A stretch of DNA of 64,000 nucleotides from Myxococcales bacterium. GTDB taxonomy: Bacteria > Myxococcota_A > UBA9160 > SZUA-336. Location: contig JABSQV010000127.1 of the NCBI GenBank assembly GCA_013215565.1, forward strand, positions 2,339 to 66,338, read 5' to 3'. A model generated the notes under the pieces. The model did no database searches and was not told the origin of the DNA. It saw only the letters and a program-made list of their open reading frames with translations. Both the position numbers and the translations under genes were made by a program. Every line of letters begins with the position of its first letter. Within the stretch, counting starts at the first letter, position 1. Below are positions 9,244-17,905 of the stretch, in pieces.

Positions 9244-9962
9244 GGACACCCCGTCGCGACCCGGGTCCCGTAGAGCACCAGACTCTTGGGCCAGATCCAG
9301 TCGAGCGCGTGCTCCACGCGGGAGCACAGCTGTGACTGCGACGCGTGGATTAGAAATCGGCGATAACTCCTTGTCAGAAATGGGGATTCGTCGTCCAGCC
9401 CGAGCGCGCACCGAATCGCCCAATAGGGCGAGTGCAGCGCGTGCGCGAAGCTCACCCCTTCGACTCGAACTCCGGCCCGTGCCAGCGCCCGCGCCAGGTC
9501 CCGAGGGCGGAAGATCCGGATGTGGCCCCCCGGGCGCTCGAAGTACGCTCGCGAAAGCCGCAGGTAGAGGTGCTCGGTGATCGCGGTCGGAATCGTGACA
9601 CCGATCCGGCCGCCCGGACGCAGCACGCGGACCAGTTCGCGCAGCGCGCCCGCATAGTCGTGCACGTGCTCCATGACCTCGGCACAGATGATCCGGTCGA
9701 AGGTGTCGTCGGGGTAGGGCAGTCGGAACACGTCGCCCCGCAGGACGCCTCCGCGCGGCCTGTTCCTGCCCGCGCCCGGGGATCGGCTGCGTTCCGCAAT
9801 ACCGGCGCGCGCGACTCTCAGGCTCTCTGGATCGAGATCCAGTCCGACGACGTGGGCGCCGCGATCGAGGGCCCCGAAGCAGTGCCGGCCGCCTCCGCAG
9901 CCCGCGTCGAGCAGCCAGTGCCCGGGCTCGATCTGGAGCCGCTCAAGATCGACGGTGAGCAC
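9240..9962 (-). CDS. class I SAM-dependent methyltransferase
   Basis: LLDAGCGGGRHCF SAM motif and FDRIICAEVMEHVHD...LRPGGRIGVT. GTG start at 9962 overlaps the end of the upstream GT4 gene by 20 nt. Confidence 0.75.
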   Translation of the reverse strand: MLTVDLERLQIEPGHWLLDAGCGGGRHCFGALDRGAHVVGLDLDPESLRVARAGIAERSRSPGAGRNRPRGGVLRGDVFRLPYPDDTFDRIICAEVMEHVHDYAGALRELVRVLRPGGRIGVTIPTAITEHLYLRLSRAYFERPGGHIRIFRPRDLARALARAGVRVEGVSFAHALHSPYWAIRCALGLDDESPFLTRSYRRFLIHASQSQLCSRVEHALDWIWPKSLVLYGTRVATGCP

Positions 9963-11208
9963 GCACCACCTCTTCGAGGACCCGGGCGGTGCGTTCTCCG
10001 GCTTCTTCCCACGAGAAGGCCTGCTCGATCCGGCGCCGCGCAGCAGCCCCCATCCGGGCCGCGCGGACGGGGTCGCCTGCAAGTTGCGTGATTGCCTCGG
10101 CGAGGGCCGCGGAGTCGCCGAATGGAACCAGCAGCCCCGCGTCGCCGGAGCTTCCGACGACCTCCGGCAGCGCGCCCGAGCCGGTCGCAATCACGGGCAG
10201 TCCGCACGCCATTGCCTCGGAAGCCGGGAAGCCGAAACCCTCGAAGAAAGAGGGCGCCAGGGCCACGCGCGCGGTCGAATATTCGGCGACGAGTTCGGGC
10301 ACCGACAGCATTCGCTCGAGCAGCATCACACGCTTCTCGAGTCCCAGCTCGCGGATCTTTCCGGGCACCAGGCCGGCTTTGGGAATCCGACCGTCGACGA
10401 TCTTGAGGGTGATGTTCTCGGGGGTTCGGGCGAGCGCGTCGAGCAGGAAGGTGATGCCCTTCTTGCGGTCTTCCGTGCGCCCCACGAAGATCAGATCGGT
10501 CTCCTTCCTGCGTTCGACGGGGCGGAAGATTTCAGTATCGGTGCCGTTGTAGACGACCTCCACCTGCTTGCCGGGAATCCCGAAGTAGCGCTCGATCTCG
10601 TGCGCCGATGCGTGCGAAACCGAGAGCGTGCGCGCGAGCCTGGGCAGCACGACCTGCTGCATCAGGAGCGGGAAGTACAGCGTTCGCTTCCACTTCCGGC
10701 GGAAGCGCGGATCGATCGCGAAATCCGCGTGGCGATCGATGTGCAGCGGGTGATGGACCATCGCGGCCACCGGCACCCCGCTGGCCTGAATCCCGAGCAG
10801 TCCCCAGGAGAGCGATTGATTGTCGAGGACCACGTCGAAGCGATGGCGCCGCTGGAGCGCCCGCCAGCGCACCAGCAGCCGCAGCCCGAAGGCCGTCATC
10901 TCCGGGAACACCCCAAGCCGCGAGAGCCCGTACTCGTAGAGGTGGGATGGGAAGAGGGTGCGCAGTGGACGCTCGGCGGGCAGCGCCTCGCGCCCCTTGA
11001 GCCCGAAGTAGTTGTGATTCGGAATCACGTGCAACGGGATCCCGGGCTCGAGGTCGGGGAGCGGCGGGCCCGCGATCACGTGGACCTCGTGTCCCAGGCG
11101 GTGCAATTCGCGCGCGATGTAGGCGGCGTAGATTCCCTGACCGCCGCAGAACATGTTGCCGCGGTAGGTCAGGAGCGCGATGCGGAGCCTGCTATGAGCC
11201 GGAGTCAC
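9943..11208 (-). CDS. glycosyltransferase family 4, copy 2 (paralog of 7996-9243)
   Basis: IALLTYRGNMFCGGQGIY N-terminus and FFEGFGFPASEAMACGLPVIA EX7E motif. Likely GTG start near 11208; the ORF as translated runs to 11268. Confidence 0.85.
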   Translation of the reverse strand: MTPAHSRLRIALLTYRGNMFCGGQGIYAAYIARELHRLGHEVHVIAGPPLPDLEPGIPLHVIPNHNYFGLKGREALPAERPLRTLFPSHLYEYGLSRLGVFPEMTAFGLRLLVRWRALQRRHRFDVVLDNQSLSWGLLGIQASGVPVAAMVHHPLHIDRHADFAIDPRFRRKWKRTLYFPLLMQQVVLPRLARTLSVSHASAHEIERYFGIPGKQVEVVYNGTDTEIFRPVERRKETDLIFVGRTEDRKKGITFLLDALARTPENITLKIVDGRIPKAGLVPGKIRELGLEKRVMLLERMLSVPELVAEYSTARVALAPSFFEGFGFPASEAMACGLPVIATGSGALPEVVGSSGDAGLLVPFGDSAALAEAITQLAGDPVRAARMGAAARRRIEQAFSWEEAGERTARVLEEVVRAHRRS

Positions 11209-11509
11209 CCGTGTCCACCCCGGGGTCCGACGTCTCAGCGGGTGTCTCGCGCGAGGAGGTGGCCGCACCCGCCCCGCCCGTTCCGGCGCCCAGTTCGGCG
11301 CCCTCCGCCTCGATCTGAACGGTCAGAATCGTCCAGCCGATCCAGAACACGAGCCCGAGTACGAACAGCACCAGGACCGCGACCGGAACCGCGAGCGCCC
11401 ACCAGTTTTCCTTCGCGATCCCCACCAGGAAGAGCAGGCCGGCGAGCACGGCCCCGAACGCAACAGCGCCGCCGAGCATGCGAGAGCGATCGTCGGCCGG
11501 GGTCGCCAT
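11192..11509 (-). CDS. small membrane protein, two predicted transmembrane helices, hypothetical
   Basis: 105 aa with two hydrophobic helices (AVAFGAVLAGLLFLVGIA / ALAVPVAVLVLFVLGLVFWIGWTIL). Its 3' end overlaps the GT4 copy 2 start, suggesting co-transcription. Confidence 0.5.
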   Translation of the reverse strand: MATPADDRSRMLGGAVAFGAVLAGLLFLVGIAKENWWALAVPVAVLVLFVLGLVFWIGWTILTVQIEAEGAELGAGTGGAGAATSSRETPAETSDPGVDTGDSGS

Positions 11510-11652
11510 GGGAGCCGGACGTTACCCGCGCGCGCTTCGCCGTGTCAATCCAGACGCGCAGTCGACGCGTGCTCGCGGCCCCGGGAGGTCCGGCAACTTC
11601 TCGTACCCGCGAGCCGACAGGCTAAAGTGACGGACTCCCGGAGGAGGGCGGC

Positions 11653-12789
11653 GTGGAACTCTGGATCGGACTCATCTCGGGTACGTCCGCAGACGGCGTG
11701 GACGCGGCGCTGGTGCGCGTCGGGCCCGGATCAGGCGAACTGGAACTCCTCGCGCACCGCTCCGATCCGCTGCCGCGCGCGCTCTCCGAGCGGATCCGGG
11801 CCCTCGCAGCCGAGCCCGTCGGCCTTCGCGAGTTGCTCCTGATCGACCGCGAGATCGGCGAGCGCTTCGGCGCAGCCGCGCTGTCCGTGCTCGATCAGGC
11901 CGAGATCGCGCCCGCGCGGGTGAGCGGGATCGGGTCTCACGGACAGACCGTGGCACATCATCCGGAGTCCGAAGTTCAAGGATCACTTCAACTCGGCTCG
12001 GCGGCCGTGATCCATGCGGCAACGGGGCTACCCGTGGTCTCGGACTTTCGCAGCGCCGATCTGGCGGAGGGCGGTCAGGGGGCGCCGCTCACCCCGTTCG
12101 TTCACCGCCGGCTCTTCGCCGCGCCCGGCGAGGCCCGGGCTGTGCTCAACATCGGAGGCTTCACGAACGTGACCTTCATGGCTGCCGGCGCGTCGGAACT
12201 CGTCGCGTTCGACCCGGGTCCCGGGAACGCCTTGATCGACCGGGCCGTGCGCTTCGAATCGGGAGGCCGGGAAGCTTTCGACCGCGACGGCGCACGCGCC
12301 CGGGCCGGACGCGTGCGCGAACGGGTCTTGAAGGGGCTGCTGGCGGATCCCTATTTCGATCTCGCGCCTCCCAAGAGTACCGGACACGAGTACTTCGGAG
12401 CAGCGTTCTTCGCGCGAGTGCGGGAACAGATTCTGGATGAGAGCGACGACCCGAACGACGTCGTGGCGACGCTCACCCGGCTCACGGTCGAAAGCGTCGC
12501 GGCATGCGCGCGCTTCGCGCCGGAGCCGCCTGCGCGCTGGCTCCTGTGCGGAGGCGGTGCGCACAATCCGATGCTGGTCGAGCCGCTTCGCGACCGGCTG
12601 GCGCCGGCCCGGCTGGAGACGACCGACGACCACGGGGTTCCCGGCGACGCGCTCGAGGCAGTCGGCTTCGCGCTACTCGGCTGGGCCGCCCGGCACGGGA
12701 TCGACTCCAACCTACCCGAGGCCACCGGTGCGCGGCGCCGGGTCGTACTCGGAAGCCTGAGTCCACCGGCGGCTTTCGACCGGCGCTAG
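11653..12789 (+). CDS. anmK: anhydro-N-acetylmuramic acid kinase
   Basis: GLISGTSADGVDAAL, NIGGFTNVTF and DPGPGNALID are AnmK signature motifs. GTG start with a GGAGGA ribosome-binding site. Confidence 0.9.
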   Translation: MELWIGLISGTSADGVDAALVRVGPGSGELELLAHRSDPLPRALSERIRALAAEPVGLRELLLIDREIGERFGAAALSVLDQAEIAPARVSGIGSHGQTVAHHPESEVQGSLQLGSAAVIHAATGLPVVSDFRSADLAEGGQGAPLTPFVHRRLFAAPGEARAVLNIGGFTNVTFMAAGASELVAFDPGPGNALIDRAVRFESGGREAFDRDGARARAGRVRERVLKGLLADPYFDLAPPKSTGHEYFGAAFFARVREQILDESDDPNDVVATLTRLTVESVAACARFAPEPPARWLLCGGGAHNPMLVEPLRDRLAPARLETTDDHGVPGDALEAVGFALLGWAARHGIDSNLPEATGARRRVVLGSLSPPAAFDRR

Positions 12790-13523
12790 AATTCCAGCGC
12801 GAGTCCGTCGTACGCGGTGTCGAACTGGACGAGGTCCAGGTTCGACAGAACCGGCGCGCCGAGGTGCGTGAGCACGATCCGAGCGGCACGGAAGAGCTTG
12901 CGCTCCGCCAGTAGACGCTCGTGGTTCAGGTGATACTCGAACCCCGGCTGCATCAGTACGCACTCGGCGATCAGTAGATCGACGTCCCCGACCCGGTCCG
13001 GGAACTCCGGGTGCCAGCCGGTGTCGCCGGTAAAGAACAGACTTCGGGCGCCTGCGCCAACCCGGAGCATGTGCGGGCGCGTATCGGGCTGGTGGTGGGC
13101 CGGAAACGGGTGCAGCGTGAAGCCTTGGGTCGTGCAATCGCGGCCCGCTTCGAACTCCGACCAGCGCAGTTCGAACGCGCGGTCCGAGAGCGCGCCGTCG
13201 TAGCCGTAGGCCCGGGTCAGTTCGTGCATGCGTGCCTCGATTCCGGGAGGCCCCAGAACTTCGAGCGAGGCTCGCTTCCCGTCCTGGAACTGGCGGTCGA
13301 GCAGCAGGAAGGGAAGGCCCGCTGCATGATCCCCATGGAAGTGGCTGATCGCGATGGCGTCGATTTCGCCCGGGTCGATCCCGAGGTCGCGCAGACCTTG
13401 CAGCGTCGTCGGGCCGCAGTCCAGCAGCAGCGTCCGACCCGCGTCGCGCAACAGGATCGCGCTGTGGCGCCGACCCCCGCTCCCGAATGCGTCGCCCGTC
13501 CCGACAAAAACCACGTCAGGCAT
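12786..13523 (-). CDS. MBL-fold metallo-hydrolase
   Basis: HFHGDH (HxHxDH) zinc-binding motif and a distal His/Asp ligand. GGAG ribosome-binding site. Stop overlaps the anmK stop. Confidence 0.8.
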   Translation of the reverse strand: MPDVVFVGTGDAFGSGGRRHSAILLRDAGRTLLLDCGPTTLQGLRDLGIDPGEIDAIAISHFHGDHAAGLPFLLLDRQFQDGKRASLEVLGPPGIEARMHELTRAYGYDGALSDRAFELRWSEFEAGRDCTTQGFTLHPFPAHHQPDTRPHMLRVGAGARSLFFTGDTGWHPEFPDRVGDVDLLIAECVLMQPGFEYHLNHERLLAERKLFRAARIVLTHLGAPVLSNLDLVQFDTAYDGLALEF

Positions 13524-14472
13524 CGCTCCAGTACTCCTTTTCGTACGCCACAGCGTAGCGCAGTCGCGCCGGTGCCCGCGGCTTCGCGTGTGGCAGGACC
13601 AGGCTCTGCTCGATCGCCGAACCCGTACCGATCTCGGCGCCCGCGCAGATCACGGCGCCCGGGCCGACGCTGGTTCCGGCCGCGATGCGCGCCCGGGCCC
13701 CGACCCAGACGGGGCCCCGGATCTCGCCGCGCACCTCGGCGGTCGGGTCGATGGTCGTTTCGGCGTCCAGTTCGGCCAGCGCCAGCAGGTTCGTGTCGAG
13801 CAATTCGCGGGGCGTGCCGATCGGCCACCAGCGTGCCTCCGGCGGCTGTTCCCAGACGCCGATTGGCAACCCGTCGCGCAGCATCGGCAGGTACAGGTCG
13901 CGTACGCTGTCGCAGGGACCCTCCGGTAGCCGCTCGAGCAGAGCCGGCTCGACGAGTTGCACACCCAGAAAGAGTCCGCTCGCAGACTCGCCGCCGCGAT
14001 CGAGAAGCGTCGTGATGCGGCAGAGCCGCCGCCCGGCGTCGAATCCGAGGCTCCCGAACTCCGCCCGTCGCGGATCGTCGCGCACGCCGAGCGTGACCAG
14101 GGTCCCGCCGGCGCGGTGCTGCTCGAGCAGGGCACCGAGGTCGAGATCCAGCAGCATGTCGCCATTGATCACGAGGAAGGGTTCCGAGCCTTCGAGCCAA
14201 CTGCGCGCGGCCCGGAGCGAGCCGCCGCTTCCCAACAGCACCGGTTCCGGACTGTATCTGATCGGGATCGGAGCGCCGCGGAGCGCCGCCCGCACGGACT
14301 CCGGAATCGCGTGTATGTTCACAACCGCCCGCTCGAGTCCCTGGTCTGCGAGTTGGTCGATCAGGAGCCGAATCATCGGGCGCCCGAGGACCGGCAGCGT
14401 GACCTTGGCCGCCCGCTGGCTGAGCGGGGCCATGCGCGAGCCGAGCCCGGCCGCCAGAATCAGGGCTTTCAC
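13516..14472 (-). CDS. murU: nucleotidyltransferase, probable N-acetylmuramate alpha-1-phosphate uridylyltransferase (MurU-like)
   Basis: N-terminal KALILAAGLGSRM...G.P NTP-transferase motif. Translationally coupled (GTGA overlap) to an upstream APH-fold sugar kinase, which is the AmgK-MurU arrangement. Confidence 0.7.
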   Translation of the reverse strand: MKALILAAGLGSRMAPLSQRAAKVTLPVLGRPMIRLLIDQLADQGLERAVVNIHAIPESVRAALRGAPIPIRYSPEPVLLGSGGSLRAARSWLEGSEPFLVINGDMLLDLDLGALLEQHRAGGTLVTLGVRDDPRRAEFGSLGFDAGRRLCRITTLLDRGGESASGLFLGVQLVEPALLERLPEGPCDSVRDLYLPMLRDGLPIGVWEQPPEARWWPIGTPRELLDTNLLALAELDAETTIDPTAEVRGEIRGPVWVGARARIAAGTSVGPGAVICAGAEIGTGSAIEQSLVLPHAKPRAPARLRYAVAYEKEYWSDA

Positions 14473-15434
14473 GAGTCCTCCGCTTCGAACACTTCCCGGA
14501 GCACCGCAGCGAGGCGGCCGAAGCGGTCCGGAAGCTCCGCCAGAATCGACCGGATCGCTTCGCGCGCGGCGCGCTCGGGTGCCCGGTAACGGAGGTCTTT
14601 TTTCACTCGAAGAATCCGTCTGAAGATTGCGTAGTCCTTACACTTTCGCTGGACCACCAGCAATCGGAACGCGTCCGGATCCAGGCGCCGTCCGCAGCCG
14701 GCCGCGTACCGCTCGAGCAGGGCCCTGCGCTCGCCGGGCGAGATCGAGACGTAGGAATCGTAAAGAAACGCGGCCAGGTCGAGTTCGGGGGGAGCGAGAA
14801 GCAGATCCTGATAGTCGAGTAGCCTCAGCTTTCCCTGTCTGTCGAGCATCAGGTTCTGACTCTGCACGTCCCGGAGCGCGGGGCGTTTCGGGAGCTTTGC
14901 GATCGCGCGAGCGAGGTCTGCGAGGGCGGGCGCGAGGCGCTCGCGCAGCGACTCAGTGACTGCGTACTCGCCGAAGATTCCGAGTTCAAACCGGATCCAT
15001 TCCTCGTCGAACACCCGCGGGTATGGAAGTTCCCCGGCCGGAATCGCGTGGACGCGGACGAGCAGATCGATCACGTCGGGGCGCAGGCGTGTCTGCTCGG
15101 ACGGAGCGAGGTCGACGAGCCGGGTGTCGCCCAGGTCTTCTTCGAGTACCAGACGGCGCTCGCGGTCGACGGCCAGGATCAGGGGCACCGGCAGCGCGTG
15201 ACGCGCCAGGAACTCGGTGACGGCCACGAAGGGGATGTCGCCCACGCTCGCGCGGAGTCCCGGCGGTAGGATCTCCGGGTCTTCGGGGGCTGCGTGCATC
15301 AGCACCGCGCCGGCCCCGGGATCGTGGGTGTGGACGCGCCAGTAGCGCCTCGCCCCGGCGCCGGCTTCGAGCGACTCGAATGAGCGGACTCGCGATCCGA
15401 GTGCGCGCTCGACCCAGGCGCGTGAGGACTCCAT
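14469..15434 (-). CDS. amgK: aminoglycoside-phosphotransferase-fold kinase, probable N-acetylmuramate/N-acetylglucosamine kinase (AmgK-like)
   Basis: APH/choline-kinase catalytic motif LRDVQSQNLMLDRQGKLRLLDYQD. Start taken at the ATG at 15434 (MESSRAW) to avoid overlapping the divergent gene. Confidence 0.7.
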   Translation of the reverse strand: MESSRAWVERALGSRVRSFESLEAGAGARRYWRVHTHDPGAGAVLMHAAPEDPEILPPGLRASVGDIPFVAVTEFLARHALPVPLILAVDRERRLVLEEDLGDTRLVDLAPSEQTRLRPDVIDLLVRVHAIPAGELPYPRVFDEEWIRFELGIFGEYAVTESLRERLAPALADLARAIAKLPKRPALRDVQSQNLMLDRQGKLRLLDYQDLLLAPPELDLAAFLYDSYVSISPGERRALLERYAAGCGRRLDPDAFRLLVVQRKCKDYAIFRRILRVKKDLRYRAPERAAREAIRSILAELPDRFGRLAAVLREVFEAEDS

Positions 15435-15444
15435 CTTATGCGAC

Positions 15445-16158
15445 GTGACTCCGCGTGTAGGGATCGCGCCCGACATCAGCGAGGCGGGGGTTGTCTCGGT
15501 CGAGCCGACCTATGTCGAGATTCTCGCCCAGGCCGGGGCCGAACCCGTGATCCTGGATCCACGGGCGTCCGCTCCGCTGGCGGGCGTGCACGCGCTGATG
15601 CTCTGCGGGGGCGCGTTCGACATTCCCCCGGACTGGTACGGCGCGGCGCCGCGCGGGCGGGTCGATCCTGCGCGGGAGGCGCGCAGCAGCTTCGAGCGCC
15701 GTGCGCTCGAGGCCGCGGATGCGGTCCGATTGCCCGTGCTCGGGATCTGCGGCGGCGCTCAGCTCATGGCCGTTTGCCGTGGCGGGACGCTGGTGCAGGA
15801 CATCGCGAGCGAACTTCCGAACGCACTCGCGCACGAACAGAGCGCGCGCGCCCGCGAGCCGGTGCACGAGGTGAGCCTCGCCGAAGTCAGCCGAATCGCC
15901 CGCGTTCTCGGATGCGGCTCGCTTTCGGTCAACAGCACCCACCACCAGAGCGTGGCCGGCTGCCGGGGTGGCGTGGACGCCGTCGGCTGGGCGCCCGACG
16001 GTGTCGTCGAAGCCGTCGAGGATCCCTCCCGGGAGTTCTGGATCGGGGTGCAGTGGCATCCCGAGAAGCTCCTCGACCAAAACTCGCTGCGACTCGTGCA
16101 GGCCTTCGTCCGAGCGGCGCGCGCCTGGATTCGGGAAGGGACTCAAAGCCCGGGTTGA
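15445..16158 (+). CDS. class I glutamine amidotransferase-like / peptidase C26 (gamma-glutamyl hydrolase family)
   Basis: GICGGAQLM nucleophile-elbow Cys, HHQ, and VQWHPE His motif. GTG start. Confidence 0.8.
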   Translation: MTPRVGIAPDISEAGVVSVEPTYVEILAQAGAEPVILDPRASAPLAGVHALMLCGGAFDIPPDWYGAAPRGRVDPAREARSSFERRALEAADAVRLPVLGICGGAQLMAVCRGGTLVQDIASELPNALAHEQSARAREPVHEVSLAEVSRIARVLGCGSLSVNSTHHQSVAGCRGGVDAVGWAPDGVVEAVEDPSREFWIGVQWHPEKLLDQNSLRLVQAFVRAARAWIREGTQSPG

Positions 16159-16982
16159 CCCGAGGCTGCGGCGGTTCGCGGATCGAGCCGGTCGCGCAGG
16201 CCGTCTCCGACGATATTGAGTGCCACCACGGTGAGCAGGATCGCGAGCCCGGGCGCGATCGCCAGGTGCGGGGCCAGCAGAAATACATCGGCGCCGTGGT
16301 CGAGCATGCCGCCCCAGCTCGGGAGACCCTGTACGCCCAGGCCCAGGAACGAGAGGCTGGCCTCAGCAAGAATCGCCCCCGCGGCGGCGAAGGTCGCCAG
16401 CACCGTCACCGGGCCCACGAGATTCGGGAGCAGGTGGCGCAGCAGCAATTCCCGCTGGGTTGCGCCGAGTGCGCGCGCGGCCACCACGAACTCGTCGCCG
16501 CGCAATACCAGCACCTCGCCGCGGACGAGGCGCGCGAACGCGACCCAGCCGAGCAACGTGAGTGCCAGGATCACGTTGCCGAGCCCCGGGCCCGTGATCG
16601 CGACCAGCGCAATCGCCAGCAGGATGCCCGGGAACGCCAGCAACACGTCGATCACAGCGGAGATTCCGCGGTCGACCCAACCGCCGAGCAGTCCCGCAAT
16701 CCCGCCGACCAGAACCCCGAAAGCGACCGAGACCACGACCACGGCGAGCGCCACGCTGAGCGAAACGCGCGCCCCGAAGAGAATGCGTGAGGCGACGTCC
16801 CGCCCCTCGACATCGGTCCCGAGCCAGTGCTCGAGTGACGGGCCCTCGAGACCGTGCCGGAGGTCCGGGCGGCCCGGGTCGTAGGGCGCGATCCAGGGCG
16901 CGAGCACCCCGCAGAGCGCGATTACGAGCAGGAGCCCCAGGCCGGCCCGGCTGGAGCGGTCGAGGCCCGCGGTCGCGCTCAC
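16143..16982 (-). CDS. ABC transporter permease, DppC/OppC family
   Basis: Binding-protein-dependent inner-membrane component. GTG start at 16982 overlaps the upstream gene's TGA stop. Confidence 0.85.
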   Translation of the reverse strand: MSATAGLDRSSRAGLGLLLVIALCGVLAPWIAPYDPGRPDLRHGLEGPSLEHWLGTDVEGRDVASRILFGARVSLSVALAVVVVSVAFGVLVGGIAGLLGGWVDRGISAVIDVLLAFPGILLAIALVAITGPGLGNVILALTLLGWVAFARLVRGEVLVLRGDEFVVAARALGATQRELLLRHLLPNLVGPVTVLATFAAAGAILAEASLSFLGLGVQGLPSWGGMLDHGADVFLLAPHLAIAPGLAILLTVVALNIVGDGLRDRLDPRTAAASGQPGL

Positions 16983-17905
16983 GCTGACTCTCCCAGCCGC
17001 ACCCTCGGATGGATGGCGCTGTAGAGCAGATCGGTCACCAGATTGACGAGCACGTAACTGGTCACGATTACGGCGATGCACCCCTGCACCACCGGATAGT
17101 CGCGCGCCTGGACCCCCGAGATCAGCAGCGCCCCGATACCGGGCCACCCGAACACCTTTTCGGTGATGATCGCTCCCGCCAGCAGCGCCCCAAACTGCAG
17201 ACCCACGAGCGTCACGACCGGGATCAGGGCGTTTCGGAGCGCGTGCTTGAACAGCGTTGCCCGGGTCCCGAGGCCTTTGGCCCGCGCGGTTCTCACGTAG
17301 TCGTGGCCGAGTTCATCGAGCAGGCTCGAGCGGGTCATGCGGGTGAGGATCCCGGCCAGCGAAGCCCCCAGCGTTACGGCGGGCAGCACGACGCTGGCCG
17401 GCCCGTCGAACCCGGAGACGGGAAGCCAGTCGAGCCAGAGCGAAAAGACCAGCATCAGCAGGATTCCGAGCCAGAAGTTCGGGACCGAGACTCCTAACAG
17501 CGCCACCAGCATCGAGGCACGATCGATCGGGCGGTTCCGGCGCAACGCCGCGAGCGCACCGAGTGGGATCGCGAGCAGGAGCGCCACCGCCATCGCGCTG
17601 CCCGCCAGCAGCAGGGTTGCCGGGTAGCGCTCGGCGACCAGGTCTGAGACCGGGCGCCGGAAACTGTACGACTCGCCGAGTTGGCCCCGGACGAGCCCCG
17701 TCAGGTAGCGCGCGTACTGCTCGGGGACCGACCGGTCGAGCCCCCAGCGCGCGCGAAGCGCTTCGCGGTCGGCAGGACGCGCGGTCTCGCCGAGGACCAT
17801 GTCGACAGGGTCCCCCGGGATCAGGTGGATCGAGAAGAAGACCAGTGAAACGGCGGCCCAGAGCACCAGCGGCAACGCGATGAGCCGGCGGAGCAGGTAG
17901 CTCAC
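16979..17905 (-). CDS. ABC transporter permease, DppB/OppB family
   Basis: 308 aa with the typical DppB topology. GTG start overlaps the stop of the substrate-binding-protein gene. Confidence 0.85.
   Translation of the reverse strand: MSYLLRRLIALPLVLWAAVSLVFFSIHLIPGDPVDMVLGETARPADREALRARWGLDRSVPEQYARYLTGLVRGQLGESYSFRRPVSDLVAERYPATLLLAGSAMAVALLLAIPLGALAALRRNRPIDRASMLVALLGVSVPNFWLGILLMLVFSLWLDWLPVSGFDGPASVVLPAVTLGASLAGILTRMTRSSLLDELGHDYVRTARAKGLGTRATLFKHALRNALIPVVTLVGLQFGALLAGAIITEKVFGWPGIGALLISGVQARDYPVVQGCIAVIVTSYVLVNLVTDLLYSAIHPRVRLGESA

Noticed and set aside
9955-11625. 556-aa plus-strand ORF
   Set aside because: Antisense to the GT4 copy 2 and small membrane protein genes. No domain signal.
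13217-14200. 327-aa minus-strand ORF in an alternative frame of the MBL/MurU region
   Set aside because: Overlaps, in a different frame, two genes with recognisable motifs. Arg/Ala-rich composition.
15438-16790. 450-aa plus-strand ORF
   Set aside because: Out of frame with the C26 peptidase gene and antisense to the DppC permease. Arg-rich shadow ORF.
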